A stretch of 64,000 nt of DNA from Octopus vulgaris. Lineage: Eukaryota. A program made the translations under genes and the position numbers. Below the pieces are notes generated by a model that saw only the letters and a program-made list of their open reading frames with translations, did no database searches and was not told the DNA's origin. The DNA lies in NCBI GenBank assembly GCA_951406725.2, contig OX597828.1:32736001-32800000 (forward strand). The letters run 5' to 3'. Each line of letters starts with the position of its first letter. The stretch's first letter is position 1. Shown here in pieces: positions 12,352 to 26,697 of this stretch.

Positions 12352-12916
12352 ATTTGTATACGACTGGCTTCTTTCAGTTTACGCCTAACAAGACCACTGA
12401 CGACGCTATGGTTGGTCCTGGAAGTCAGCATCTTACCATTCACTTAGTCTGAGTCTCACCACAAGGCGTACTGTGGTTTCAGGTAAGTTATGACAACTTG
12501 CCTTAAGATACCGTGCAACTACTGGCGTAATACAGAATGGCATGTGAGTGACTCGATCAATATAAGATACGTTATCAACCTCCTCCATGGTACCGAGCTA
12601 TCATTCTTTCCGACAACGAACACTATATGTATATATATATGTGCATATGTTTGTGCGAGCGTACACGAATGTGTGTTGCATTAGGTGTGAAGATTATTAA
12701 AACTTGGAATATAAAACTTTATAACAATAAAGTGAAAAATAGGAAAAAGGAACAAATGCAGAAGTCGAAATTTAACATCAAATCACATATCTATCTTGTT
12801 ATTCAATTTTTACCGTTTAATTCTGAATTTTCGTTTATCTTTTATTTGTTTTTGAATATTTTATCGTAATTATAATTTTTTTGCTTCCGAGTTTCCGTCT
12901 CCGATATTTCCATATC

Positions 12917-12920
<4 letters not shown>

Positions 12921-12994
<74 letters not shown>

Positions 12995-13010
12995 AGTGTG
13001 TGTGTGTATT
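12921..13010. repeat. (TA)n-(TG)n microsatellite
   Basis: Seen directly. Confidence 0.95.
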
Positions 13011-14112
13011 TATATATGTAATGCACAAACACACATACACCATATATATGCGTTTGTGTATGTATGTGTGGGTGTGTGAATCTGTACCTAAATGTGATTA
13101 TATGTGAAATTTTATATGATTATGAATATATGAATATTTGTTTGGTCACTAAGAGAGAATTATAAATCGAAAGAGATATGCTCATTGAAAGAGAGAGAGA
13201 GAGAGACAGTCAGACAGACAGACAGACAGGGAAATAAAGAGAAAAAGAGAGACAGAGACAGTGCTAATATGAGAGAGAGAGAGTTAGGCTAATGAGAAGT
13301 TTCTCTTAGCTCTGATATTCTGTGTATCTGTATAGTAAAATTCTTCAGTTATGATCAATATTTTAGTCGTAAACTTTTCCAGAATGTTCTTCTGTGTTTT
13401 CAAGTACTTTTGTTTGTCAAGTAGGAACAAGCTTCAAACGATAATATTACTGAAATCAATGGATATTACAAAAACATCGAAAACCGGCCAAAGATTTAAT
13501 ATGTTTTTGTATGTATGAATCAGTGTAGCTATTCTCTGTGATCATTAAACTCTCTGTACTTCATAAGTCAATATGCTTTTATGAGTGCGTTTGTGTGTGC
13601 GCGTGTGTATGTGTTTGTGTATGTGTGTTTCTATTTATGTTCAAGTGTGACTTTGTGTGTCGAAACAATTAACGTATAAAATATATGTTGATGGATGACT
13701 CTTGTAGTGATTTCAGCACAATTAAGTAAGAATGGAGGAAATCCTGACATCATGTAGTATTTATAAATTCAAAATGGCTTCTGGCCAAAAACCTTTAGCC
13801 GAGCACTACAATAAAAGAAATAATATAATTGCATTTCTTCTCGAATATCAAGCAAAGAATATAACGATTATAGGCTAGAATGTTTTCAACAGACAGCTTT
13901 ATAAATAGAATCATTTTGATATTGCATTGTAAAGATTCTAGTATTTGCTCTATTCTATTTCAGCAATGAGCTGAGGGAACTTGAAGACGTGTTTTGGTCA
14001 TTGAAAGTTATTGCAAGTTGTGATGTTCATGCATTTCCCCAAGAAATTTTTTATATCAATGAACTGAAATTACTCTTACAGTGATTCTGTGAATTACGTA
14101 TTTCAATAGATA

Positions 14113-14507
14113 TCTTTATATATAAAACTAAAGTTGTGTGTCTGTCTCCTACGATTTAGATTCCTAACTACTCCCACATTTTGCGGTGCAGTGTAACCAA
14201 ACGCGGGTATCTTATAGTCATGATTCATATCGAGCCCTTCTAGGTATTAGTGCGTGTCTACGATGAGTCTATGATTTAAAAAAAAAATTACCATCATTTT
14301 TTTCCCATTTTTAATGCAATTTTTGCTATTATATAAGGGAAGTAACTCTCTAAAATGGTATTATTAAATCTCAGAACGTAAAAAGCTACGGTAACACCCC
14401 CCTTTGTGGTTAGCCATATCGAGATGGCTATTATACTTTACATCTCTAAAAATGCTTATATAGTTATTTCCCTTATAAACCCGAGCAACGCCGGGCGATA
14501 CTGCTAG
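14113..14507 (+). mobile_element. non-autonomous Helitron
   Basis: 5' end A|TCTTTATATATAAAA; 3' hairpin CCCGAGCAACGCCGGG followed by CGATACTGCTAG|T. Inserted between A and T with no TSD. Confidence 0.9.
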
Positions 14508-15287
14508 TTTATCTATAAAAGTTTATCTTTGCTATTCACAACTTATGGCAGGTGCATTGTGCTTTAGCAATGTAAAGACTGCGTTTATAGCATCCCTGAA
14601 AACTCGCATTTTAAATTGAATTTCTAGAGGGAATTACACAAAATGATTTTCTCATATTCTTTGAGTACACAGGAAGACTTAGTCTGAAAGAGTTAAGGAA
14701 ATATACAATTATTTCAGTTCTAATTAATGGGCATCATCTTTATTATCCCTTAGGAATAGGTGAATAACGTTAGTAAGAAGTATATAATTTTGTTCACACA
14801 ACAATGTATCAACGGCTTCTTGATCCAGTAGGCCAGCTCTCAACCGCTTTATACTAGATAAATGCCAAGTATCTATATTTGCACAGGGTAGTGCAAAATT
14901 AGGTATGCAATTATGAAAACAGAAAACACATACAATACTCATTTATTTTTATTTAAAATATTAGAAGTTACTCTAAAAGTATTATTATACTTATGATAAA
15001 TATATTATTATTATTAAGGATACTGAATATATCAGAAATGGGTCTTACTAATTTAATGTGCTAAACATTTTAAAGAATCAAGTATTATAAATCTGATATG
15101 TTACTTACTTTATACATAATACAGCATCCCCCTTAATGAATAAAGACAGGGGATAAACATATTTTATTAAAATATAATGCAAGAGAAAGTAATAATACTC
15201 GCAAATTTTGCAAAGAATCACAAGACAGTATATAGGGCAATATTAGTGCAGAGATATGACTAATACAGCTTTACAGTTATTCTACTT

Positions 15288-15512
15288 ATTTCTTTACTGC
15301 TCACAAGGGGCTACACACAGAGGGGACAAACAAGGACAGACAAACGGATTAAGTCGATTATATCGACCCCAGTGCATAACTGGTACTTATTTAATCGACC
15401 CCGAAAGGATGAAAGGCAAAGTCGACCTCGGCGGAATTTGAACTCAGAACGTATCGGCAGACGAAATACGGCTACACATTTCGCCCGGCGTGCTAACGTT
15501 TCTGCCAGCTCG
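15288..15512 (-). mobile_element. tRNA-derived SINE family B
   Basis: The reverse complement starts CGAGCTGGCAGAAACGTTAGCACGCCGGG, then B-box GAGTTCAAATTCC and TTTCATCCTTTCGGGGTCGAT. Matches 53871-54105. Confidence 0.9.
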
Positions 15513-16410
15513 TTGATTACTCTACTGAAATAGTAATCCACTGCAAAAGTACATAGTTATTTTAGAAGAAAATTAACGCGTAAAGTTATTCTGCTGATGA
15601 TGTGTCAATAGAAATACATTTTTTAAAAATTTCTAATGTTAAATACGCTTTTTTAAAAATTTTTAATTATCAAAATTAAATTTAGCTGAGACCACCTGAT
15701 GTGATTGCTTTCAGGTTTAGGCAGCGAAACATTTCTCCTCGATGATGTTTACGCAAGACGTTATTACTATTCGAAATATCATTATTAGCTTTCTTAGGGG
15801 AATTCATTCTGGAGATCTACATTAATTTGAAATGATGTTCTTGTTTGATTTAGTTAATTATAGAGGATAATATACATTACATTATTCTAGAACTGCCTGA
15901 CCTCATTGGAATTCTTCACTTAATCTTCACGGATCAAATTTTTCCTTTTGTGACTTTTCATTGTATGACCGCAAATTATTTCTGTACTCAAGGGATGGTT
16001 TGCTGTTTATCTATCATTTATTCATTCAACTTGTTTTTTTATTATCATTATTATTATCCTGTCTATAACTTTGACATCGAAAGCAATCTATTTCCAATTA
16101 TAACTTTTACTTTCTTTCATTAAATTATAAGTAAACAAAATATACATCCATTAGGAGAAGTTTAGAAATAGCCAAAATGAATTGTCTATGAATACGTAAT
16201 AAAGGGACGTTTATAACGTTTGTACGCTTGTTTTTTTTTATTTATTTATTTTGTCTTACTATTGTGCTATGTTTTTTTTTTTTTTACTTTCCATTCCAAA
16301 TTATATTTGTGTAAATTTCTTGCATTTATTTATGTGATTTGATGGACACAAAAGCCACCTTCGCATGTTAATTTGCTTCACCCTCAGAGTTTCCTTATAT
16401 ACATATATAC

Positions 16411-16482
<72 letters not shown>

Positions 16483-17087
16483 GTGTGTGTCTCTGTGTCT
16501 CTGTGTCTCTGTGTCAGTGTATATGTATGTGTGTGTATGTCTGTGTGCACATGTATGTACATGTTTGTGTGCGTATGTATGTATGTACGTGAGTATTTAA
16601 TATCAGAAGTAACAACTAGGCAGAAGACAGTGGGGGGAAAGTATGAGTTGAATGGGAAATGAAATCAAGAAAAGCAAAAACAAAAATCACGACTGCTGTT
16701 CAATGGACGACATTTCCATGAATTTCTTTCGCCACCGTGAAGCGAAGTCACTACTGACACAATTTCAATGGTAAACAGGTAAAACGAGTTCATTTCACTA
16801 AAAACTTGGCGAATGAAGAAAACTATTAAATACCGAGGGAACAAGAAAATTTAACGTCATCTTTACGATCATCTGCCGTCCACTAATTTCCGGTAAACCT
16901 ATGTCTCGGATATGTCCGTCAAAATATCAGCTATAAAGCTAATCTGCTATGCAAACAGTGTGAAATATAGTAATGCAAGCATTCCTAGTACAGCTCCCTT
17001 AATTTATTATCTTAGGAGTATGAAAAAGAAATTTAAAGGGAGTTATAAATACAACTACACATAAGACAGCTCCTACTATATACACAC

Positions 17088-17120
<33 letters not shown>

Positions 17121-17885
17121 CATGTGCGTCTGTGTGTATATATACACACACACGCACACATTGAACAGGAAGCTGAAATGAATAAGCTTTATTCACAACT
17201 CACAGCGGCTGTTTCTCTGCTTTATTAATATCATTCTTAGTCGTTGAGTTTTCAATACGATACTATTAGATAAATATTAGATAATCACTTTATGAATATG
17301 GTCCTCAAATAAATGTGTACCCACACGTCCTTAAGTGAGTTGCTTCGAAAGCATTGCTGAAGTACACCCGATATACCCTTGTTTTATGCCCATATTATAT
17401 GTGTACCAGCCCCTCGATAAAGAGTAACATGTGGATTGAAATAGATAGAAGTCGTAAATGTATAAAGTAATGTAAATAAAAATCAAAAATATAAATTATA
17501 AAATAAATAGACGAAGATTAGTGAATGTAACTAATGATTAAATATATATAACATATATATAACATACGTTAAATTCTGTCTTTTATTTTTAGCATAAATA
17601 TGCCTCGCTTTCATGAGATAGATTACCACTCAAAGATGCCAAAATATAAAACTAGGATGATTTATTATCACGTTTGTCTGTAAATATTTTACCCCATCCC
17701 TAACACTAACCCCAATATAAAGAGCACGTAGTCACTTTATTACACCAACAGGATTTCAATTTGTTTGCCAGTCGGCACAAAAGGCTTAATTTCAGCTGCT
17801 TTGTTTCTCATCACACTCGCTTAATCTCTGATAGCTGCTATCACACAGAAAGTGATTTATTTAACCGAACCCAACTACACACACA

Positions 17886-18657
<772 letters not shown>

Positions 18658-19278
18658 ACCGATATGCATGCATTTATACATACATATTCACCTATACACA
18701 CACACACACTCATATATACACACTATTGACGATTCCTTTCGTTTCATAGCATTAGGTTAAACCACTCATTCCTTATACTCTTCTACATGTTCATTTAGTT
18801 CACATTAATGTGTATATATCTGAATATACCTAAATATATTATCAATCAAAATATATCTCCGTTTTTATCTCTTAACCATGTGCATCTCTGCGTGTCAATC
18901 TACGAATCATTTTCTATTTATGCAATAATATTTCGTCACAATACATATGTCTAGTCTATTGTCATTTTCCTTTCTTCTAAACTACTGTAACGAACAAACC
19001 GGTTATTATGGGATTATATAATTCAGATTGACAGCTATATAAATAATATAGTTTTAAAATACCAGCAATGACGCTGATATATTATAATAGCATTTTGGAG
19101 TGAATATCGGGTTGATACAACTAAATGATCATAGATAAATACAAATTACTACAATTATCACATAATTCAGGTAAGCAACAATGCAGTCTTTCTATTATAC
19201 GTAATCAACAAATTTTAAGTACATTTTGGTGTAAGTCAAGGATTGACATAATATAAAACGCGCACATGCACTCACACG

Positions 19279-19315
<37 letters not shown>

Positions 19316-19436
19316 GTATATACATACATAAATATTTATATATGTATGTGTGTATGTATACACGAGTATCTGTATATATATATAGAGAGATATATATAGA
19401 TATAGATATATATATGTATATGTACATATATTTATA

Positions 19437-20660
19437 CAGGGCGTTTCAAAAACTTTGATATCATTTAGAAATCTAATGACTTTGCCACTTATTGTTCAAA
19501 TGACTTCAAATTTTAACACCATGTGTATAAACAGGTCAAAATTTTATGTTTATATGTTTGGTGTTTGATATGTTTATCTTTTCATGTATAGAAATGGCAT
19601 TCACTGAAAGAGAAAAGGCGTTTTGTGTGTTGGAGTGTGCAGCGTGCATTTGGGAGAGAGCTTTCTAAAAAGTCACCAATGACCATGCAGATTAGGACAT
19701 GGTACAAAAAATTGAAAAAATGGAGGCTTTTTGTGTAGGGCAAAAGGATGTGGTCGACCACTAACATCGGAAGAAATGGTCGAGCGGGTTCGCCGAATAC
19801 TCTTGCGAAACTCCAAGAAATCCATAAAAGAAACAAATCTGGAAACCCAGATTCCTCCAACGACAGTTTGGCGCGTTCCGAGAAAACGCTTGCTAATGAA
19901 AACCAACAAGCAGCAGCTTGTTCAGGCCATAACGGCATATGATAAGCAAAATCGTAATCAGTTCTCTGTTGATAAGCAACAGAAACTTGAAGAAGCCGAG
20001 TTCAAGGATCGTCATGTTTTCAGTGATGAGGGCACCTTTCATACGAATGGCAAAGTCAATAAGCATAATGTTCGCATTTGGGGCAACGAAAACCCCCATG
20101 CCACAGGTGAGCATGATAGGGACTCACCAAAAGTGAATGTGTTCTACGCCATCTCTAAGAAGCATCTTCATGGCTCGTTTTTCTTTGAGGGAAATGTGAC
20201 CGGTGATGTTTGTCTGTTAATGCTTCAGAACTGGCTAATGGATGAGCTTATTGCAAATGAAGAAGAAGAGTTCATTATTCAACAGGACAGGATGGGGAAT
20301 ATCACTGTGTAGGGTTATCTTAACGACAACCTGCGAGGAAGATGAATCAAGCGTGCTGGTGATGAAAACAATGTGCTGTTGAAATGGCTGCTTTTCACAT
20401 GACCTGACACCTTGCGAGTTTTTGCTCTGGGGCTATGTAAAAGGCCTGGTCTATGTTCACCCTCTTCCTGCAAACCTAGAGGAACTCTAGCAGAGAATCA
20501 CTGGAGACTGTTACACAAGGCATGCTGCAGCGTGTTTGGGACGAGATGGACCACCAACGTGACCTCTACCGTGTCTCAGGCGGCGCGCATATCGAGCGTT
20601 TATGAAATCGTTCAGGGAATCCATATACCTTTGAATTTCTCATTCAAATTTGGAGGAATA
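19437..20660 (+). mobile_element. Tc1/mariner transposon (DUF4817-HTH, DD41D/maT-like), nearly full pseudogene
   Basis: 5' TIR TA|CAGGGCGTTTCAAAA. ORF 19731-20312 has GRP, FSDEGTFHTNGKVNKHNVRIWG, SPKVNV and QQD. Downstream frames give PDLTPC..LWGYVK and GAHIE-like motifs. No 3' TIR found. Confidence 0.9.
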
Positions 20661-20700
20661 AATCCCCTCTTGCTCAACATTAAGCCTTATTAGTTTCATT

Positions 20701-20760
20701 TGCTAACAACAAAGAAGTTGAGGTCAAATATCCGTCAAATGTAAATAACGTAAATAAAGT
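20701..20760 (+). mobile_element. short Penelope-like terminal (pLTR) fragment
   Basis: AACAACAAAGAAGTTGAGGTCAAATATCCGTCAAATGTAAA resembles the inverted PLE terminus at 48100-48171. Confidence 0.5.
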
Positions 20761-20764
20761 AAGT

Positions 20765-21464
20765 AATGAATATTCATATAGATATTTTTATTGTTATTAC
20801 TATCAGCGGCAAATTCTAATATTTGAAAATAATATCAACAAAAATATAGGTGACAGCAAGCAAGAATAGCATTAAATAGCTAGAGAATAAAACTATAACT
20901 GCAATAGACGGCACCTGAGGCACCTACTTGCTAGAAAGTTGAGTTAAGTCCTGGTGCAGGTATTTCTGATTCTTCATACTACATCTTTGAGCTAAAATGC
21001 ATTTGGTTATCTTTACACTCTCGCTCGATTTCTGTTGATGTAATTCGGTTTTTAATAGAGGATTCAATTTTTTTCTAGCAGGTAGGTGCCTCGTGTGCTC
21101 TCTATAGCAACTAAAGCAGCATCCAGAACACGAAATCGTGATCCATGTATATCCGATTCATTATTCACCAACTCTGAGTTGTAATAATTTTGATAATCTT
21201 TACTCGCTTACCCGATTTTTGTTTGATCTGTTGTGTATTTCAATGTAAATCGCTAGTTTAGATGAGGACTTTTAAATCCTCTTTCTAGCAAGTAGGCCCT
21301 TTTGCCATCAATTGTAATTAAAGGTTTATTATAATTATAAATTTTATTCTCTAGTTATTTAACGTTATTATTGCTTGCTACCACCTACAGCTTTGTTATT
21401 ATCAATTATTTGAATTTGCCGCTGATAGTAATAACAAGAATAAATATATATATCCATATTCGTT
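20765..21464. mobile_element. foldback/MITE-like element with ~170-bp imperfect terminal inverted repeats
   Basis: 20765-20940 is the reverse complement of 21280-21464, e.g. TTGTTATTACTATCAGCGGCAAATTC / GAATTTGCCGCTGATAGTAATAACAA and CCTACTTGCTAGAAAG / CTTTCTAGCAAGTAGG. Confidence 0.75.
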
Positions 21465-21476
21465 TGAAGATTTACT

Positions 21477-21691
<215 letters not shown>

Positions 21692-22109
21692 TGCACACAC
21701 ACAAATATATGTAAATATATCAAGAGAGAGTGAGAGAAAGGCAGGATGGATCAAAAGGGAGGTCTACGCATTGACACGTAGATACATGTGTGTATATATG
21801 CCTTCCTTCATTTATGTTTAACTGTCCATAATTTGAATACTGTTAAAAAAATCTGCAAAAAGCAGACCGACATTCTCACGCTGGTTTTGTATCGTTAAAT
21901 TCTGACGCTAACTTCTACCCCATGCGTCTATATGTTATTAACTTGCAATGGACTTAGATCGATAGAATTGACTATATGCCATTCTTAATCCTAAACGCGA
22001 TTATCCAAACTGCTTAAGGATGAGAATTATAGGTGCACAACTAACTTATCTCTGCTATGGCCGCCAGTAAGAATTTTGGCTGATAAAGGCACCAAAGAAT
22101 GAAAAGCTA

Positions 22110-22845
22110 CCACTTGAAAAGTGTTTATCGAATGTCTGGATATGATCTCCAGGGGCACGGACTGGATAGTGGTGTGAACATCAACGGTGACCTATTAATA
22201 TATCCTACTCATCATCAAAACCACAGATCACTTGGAGACATGCTGAGAACGCTGGACGCTCATAGTGCAGGAGTAGGTCTTAATATGAATGTAATCACAA
22301 TATACACGGTCTGAAAATGTAGCACAAGGATGAACAAGGATGAACGGTCTGAAAATGTAGCAAAAGTGATAGAATCGAGAAGGTAAGGAGTACGACATCG
22401 TGAGGCACGCAATGGAAATGCGCAGAGACATGGACTCTAAATTCCCGAGGGTGATAAGAGCAATATAGGAGTATTCTACCGCGATAAACATGTCCTTATG
22501 GTCAAGATGGACCAGACTGTACAACCTACCAGCACCCAGGTTAATAATAACGAAAAACGCCGATTGGCTACCACACAAAGGGTCATGAGAGCTGCATGAT
22601 AAGAATAATAATTGGAGAAAGTATCCGAAAAAATGTAATTCGAGAAATAAGCGGGGTTATAACAGAATACTGAACGCAGAAGTTCCGCTGGGCCGGACAT
22701 GTCTCAAGGTTCGCAGAAAAGAGGGAAGTCTAGTTGTTGCCGAATGATATCGAAGAAATCAGCAACGGCCACTCGGAAGGCTTCCACGACAATGGAAATC
22801 CGATCTACTTAAATGATTTGGGACAAAATGGAAAAGAACGGGGCA
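22110..22845 (+). mobile_element. RTE-clade LINE remnant (RT C-terminal region)
   Basis: Frames give GVNINGD..., DMLRTLDAHSAGVGLNMN, RLATTQR, KFRWAGHVSR and RPLGRLPRQWKSD, which are RTE C-terminal motifs. Confidence 0.8.
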
Positions 22846-23067
22846 ATCAAGAATAAATTGAACGCGCTTGATAAAATTGGGGATATAACAGGATCGAAGA
22901 GTCTGATCGATATAGTGGTTCAATTGTATTATTTTGGAAAATAATTTTATTTGTCGAATAACGGTTGAATATAGAAATTGTTTTACGTAAAATCAGTACT
23001 TCAGAAAGTTGATATTCAATATTCAGTCGCTGGCTGAATTCACGTCTGATAAAAAATGGGGCATACA

Positions 23068-23345
23068 TAGGCGCAGCTGTGAGTGTGTGCTTAAGATTCT
23101 AAAGGCATGGTTTGGTTTCAGTTCTACTGCACGCCAACTCCAATGTCTTAACGCTATGTGAAGTAATTCGGTACGCGGAAACTCTTTGTGTGTGTGTGCG
23201 TAGGGGGGGTCTGCGTGTGCGCACCTTTGTATTTGTCACCATTCCACTTCACCAACAGGGTCGATTTCTCCGTCGCTAGACGCTGACCTGGAATACAGAG
23301 TTCCAGTTTGACTGCAGTCCAATGTTTCAAACAATTAAAAGCGTA
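23068..23345 (+). mobile_element. SINE family A, highly diverged
   Basis: AGGCGCAGCTGTG head, GGTTTCAGTTCTACTGC, internal (TG)n, GGGTCGATTT and a CAGTCCAATG..AAACAATTAAAAG tail. Confidence 0.55.
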
Positions 23346-24570
23346 TAAACATATATTAGTCTACATGTAAGCAATCACATGGTTAGTCGATAGGAAGTTT
23401 CACTCCCGTAGCGAGGTACATTCAGTAAGATTTTTAGCTATAACCACAGTTTGAGCCAATTCTTGTAAGTGAATGAGAAAAAAGAAAATATATATGTGCG
23501 TCCGAAGAATAAAAAATAATAAAACAATATATGTGCGTCCGATGGATTATATTTTTAATTGAGAGAGTCTGCCTTGTTACACCCTGTGACGCTGGTTCCT
23601 AGAGACTGTGTAACAAGACAATCTTAACTAACTTTGATTATGTCACATGTAGGAAAGTCTGCGGAATATTCAGCTGCAAATCCATTTTGATTTACAGCTA
23701 TGTAAATGTACAATGCATTTGCTCCGATATCTGCTTCTGCGCGAGTATTTTCCATGTGCCTGCCAATGTAAGTGTACTTTTAAAATGAATAATTAAGAAT
23801 ATAATAGAATTTCAGAAGCTAAGCGTATTATTGCAGATTAATTGAAATTTAGTGCTTAAGGGAAATTCAAACCAAAATATATTTCTATTTTCCCGAACTC
23901 TATTATTTCTGTGTAAAATGATTTTAATTAATCTTCATTTCACTATGTCCATTACTTTACAAATATTCATATTCCTATTTAATAAAATTCTAAGAATTAT
24001 AAATTGTCATCACGAGAAGTAATTTAGAAAAAAAATTACATGGATTAATTTCCAATCTTAATCTTTGCCGGAAGAATTTGAAAAGAAAAATAGCAATAAA
24101 TTGCTTCTTTCTTTCGACGAAATGTACGTACAGAATCGTTCGTACAGTTGATAAGAAAGCAAAAAGTATTATACAATGATTTCTTACTTGTTTAATAGCA
24201 AGACGTTATGTATAATGTTACATAATAATGAGTTCAACTTCAATTTCCTAGGCTTCCATTCGTTTTTTATATACACAACATAGCGGCTGTGGGTACCACC
24301 TTTCTTCCTTTACCTGGTGTATTCGGTAACGGTTTCAAAATTCCAAAACTAGACTTATACCCACTAATGAAATATAAGATGTTCTCATTCTGCAATCAAA
24401 ATATTTATACTTGTTTTCTTTCAGCATGAACTTGAGTATAAATTCTTTCCTTGAATAGATGCTAAATTTCTGCCTACTTCGAAAACTGCAAAATTTTAAA
24501 TCTCACATTCCATCAGCGCTTATATTCACTGTCATTTATTCAAATTAGATTTTTATGTATTCATTTATTC

Positions 24571-24895
24571 ATAGCTCACTGGTTAGAACGTCGGGTTCAC
24601 AATCACGAAGTAGTGAGTACGATTCTCGTATCGGACAGTGTGCCGTGTTCTTGCACAAGACACTTTATTTTTATGCTGCTCCAGTTCATGGAGCTGTAGA
24701 AATGATTTGCGACGTAACTGATGCCAAGCCGTATCGACCCCTTTGCCTTTCCCTTGGACAACATCGGTGGCTCGAAGAAGGAAGACTGGTAAGCATAGGC
24801 GACTGCTGGTCTTCCATAATCAATTTTGGTTGGACGTGCAGCTCAGAAGATAATATTCTCGGTACAATCACATGGTTATTCGTGACCAAAGCGAG
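24571..24895 (+). mobile_element. tRNA/CORE-like SINE family C2
   Basis: Colinear with the reverse complement of 61999-62330 (CAAGACACTTTATTT, GATGCCAAGCCGTATCGACC, GGCGACTGCTGGTCTTCCATA). Confidence 0.85.
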
Positions 24896-25502
24896 TTTCT
24901 ACTATATATTCGAAAAAGCAGACATACACATACGCACATATATCTGTCTGTATCGTGTGTGTAAGTGTGTGTAATGTATATATACGTATAGGAGTCTGTA
25001 CTGAAGATTAAATTTAAAATTTCCTAACTCCAATATTTAGACTCCCCATCTTGGGACAATATTCAAGGAATAACATAGAAAATCGAATATGTGAATATTA
25101 AAGAGAAAATATTGGTAATTATTTTTCATTAGCTCCCAGTGTAAGAATGTAAATTGAATAAATTAAATTATGATATAAAGGGATTTGGTTATAGCTGTTG
25201 TTTGAGGCTAAGGACATTCATAAAATTCCATTTAATTTCAAATAATAAATTTATTAAACCCTACCAATTTTATTCACAACACAGTGTATGGCAGAAGAAC
25301 TGCAATAATGTTCAATATAACAAATCGTTTCTGCAAGTTAACAACCAGGGAGAAGAATTTTATAAGAAACCGTTTGGATAGCTCCTGAGAGAAGACGTAC
25401 TTTGCTAATATAAAGCACAGAGCAGCTGCTATACAAGGCCGTCACAATCATAAATATACAGCTTAGTCTATCCTCCAATATGGCATTTCCTATTGTTGCA
25501 TA

Positions 25503-25752
25503 AGGCGGTGAGCTGGCAGGAAGGCGGCGACCCGGACGAAACGGTAGTACGCCAGGCGAAATGTTCAATACTCGTCTTGCTACATAATATTTCTGTCTTT
25601 ACGTTCTGAGTTCAAATTCCACCGAGGTCGTTTGTGCCTTTCATTCTTTCGGGGTCGATAAATTAAGTACCAATTGCGTACTGGGGTCGATCTAATCGAC
25701 TACCCCCCACTCTCCCAAGATTTCGGGCCTTGTGCCTAGACTAGAAAAGAAT
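25503..25752 (+). mobile_element. SINE family B
   Basis: AGGCGGTGAGCTGGCAG head, GAGTTCAAATTCC B-box, TTTCGGGGTCGATAAATTAAGTACC. Confidence 0.85.
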
Positions 25753-25780
25753 TTCATGTTGTTGTATATTTCAAGTCGTG

Positions 25781-26048
25781 AAGGCACGTGACTTATGCGT
25801 TGCAGTATTCGGCTCACAATCGAAGGTTATCAGTTGGATTCCTGTCGGTGCGTTTGATTTTCAACAAGATACTTTATTTCACGTTACTCCAGTTTACTCA
25901 GCTAGTAGATATTCAGGAAGATTCCGTGTCACACTGATTTTCCCTCAGAACTACGTTAAGAGTATGCGTGTATGCGTAATGCACCTCAATTTCATGAGCA
26001 GGCTGTTCCTTTGAGAGGATCAGCCGGTAGACTCGTCGCTGTAACCAA
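25781..26048 (+). mobile_element. SINE family C1, diverged
   Basis: Colinear with 55256-55560 (ACTTTATTTCACGTT, CTACGTTAAG, GAGCAGGCTGTTCC). Confidence 0.8.
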
Positions 26049-26249
26049 CAGAATGTCAGCTATAGATTTCAAGGAAATTATGCTAATGGTTGGTGAAGGA
26101 GCGGCTACCGTACCTTATTTACGGCTTTAATCGCATCAAAAAAGTGTACTTACATGTTTATTTAAACGAGAGCGAGTCGTTGTCTTATTTAAATCTATTT
26201 AATATCTTCTTGTATATGTTTTGGTATGCTTGTTATTGATATTGGTTAA

Positions 26250-26436
26250 TTGGTTAGCACGCCGGGCGAAATGCTTAGCAGTATTTCAGCAGTCTTTACG
26301 TTCCTTACTATCATCCCTTTGGGGTCGAGTAAATAAGTACCAGTTACGCACTGAGGTTGATATAATCGACTTATTCCCCTGTCTGTCCTTGTTTCTCCCC
26401 TCTATGTTTAGTCTGCGGTGGGCAATAAAGAAACAG
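26250..26436 (+). mobile_element. SINE family B, internally deleted
   Basis: GTTAGCACGCCGGGCGAAATG ... GGGGTCGA..AAATAAGTACCAG ... GGGCAATAAAGAAA. Confidence 0.8.
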
Positions 26437-26558
26437 ATATTGTTTAATTGATGGCGGGTCATCAAATGCACACATCGTGTAATTTAACATGGTCTAATTA
26501 GTGACTGCTTTGTGTCACAACTTACCTGTAATCTAAATTAGCATTGGAAACCAGGTAC

Positions 26559-26602
<44 letters not shown>

Positions 26603-26642
26603 GAAATGAAGAAAATGCTGACAAAATAATTTAAGTAAGGGA

Positions 26643-26697
<55 letters not shown>

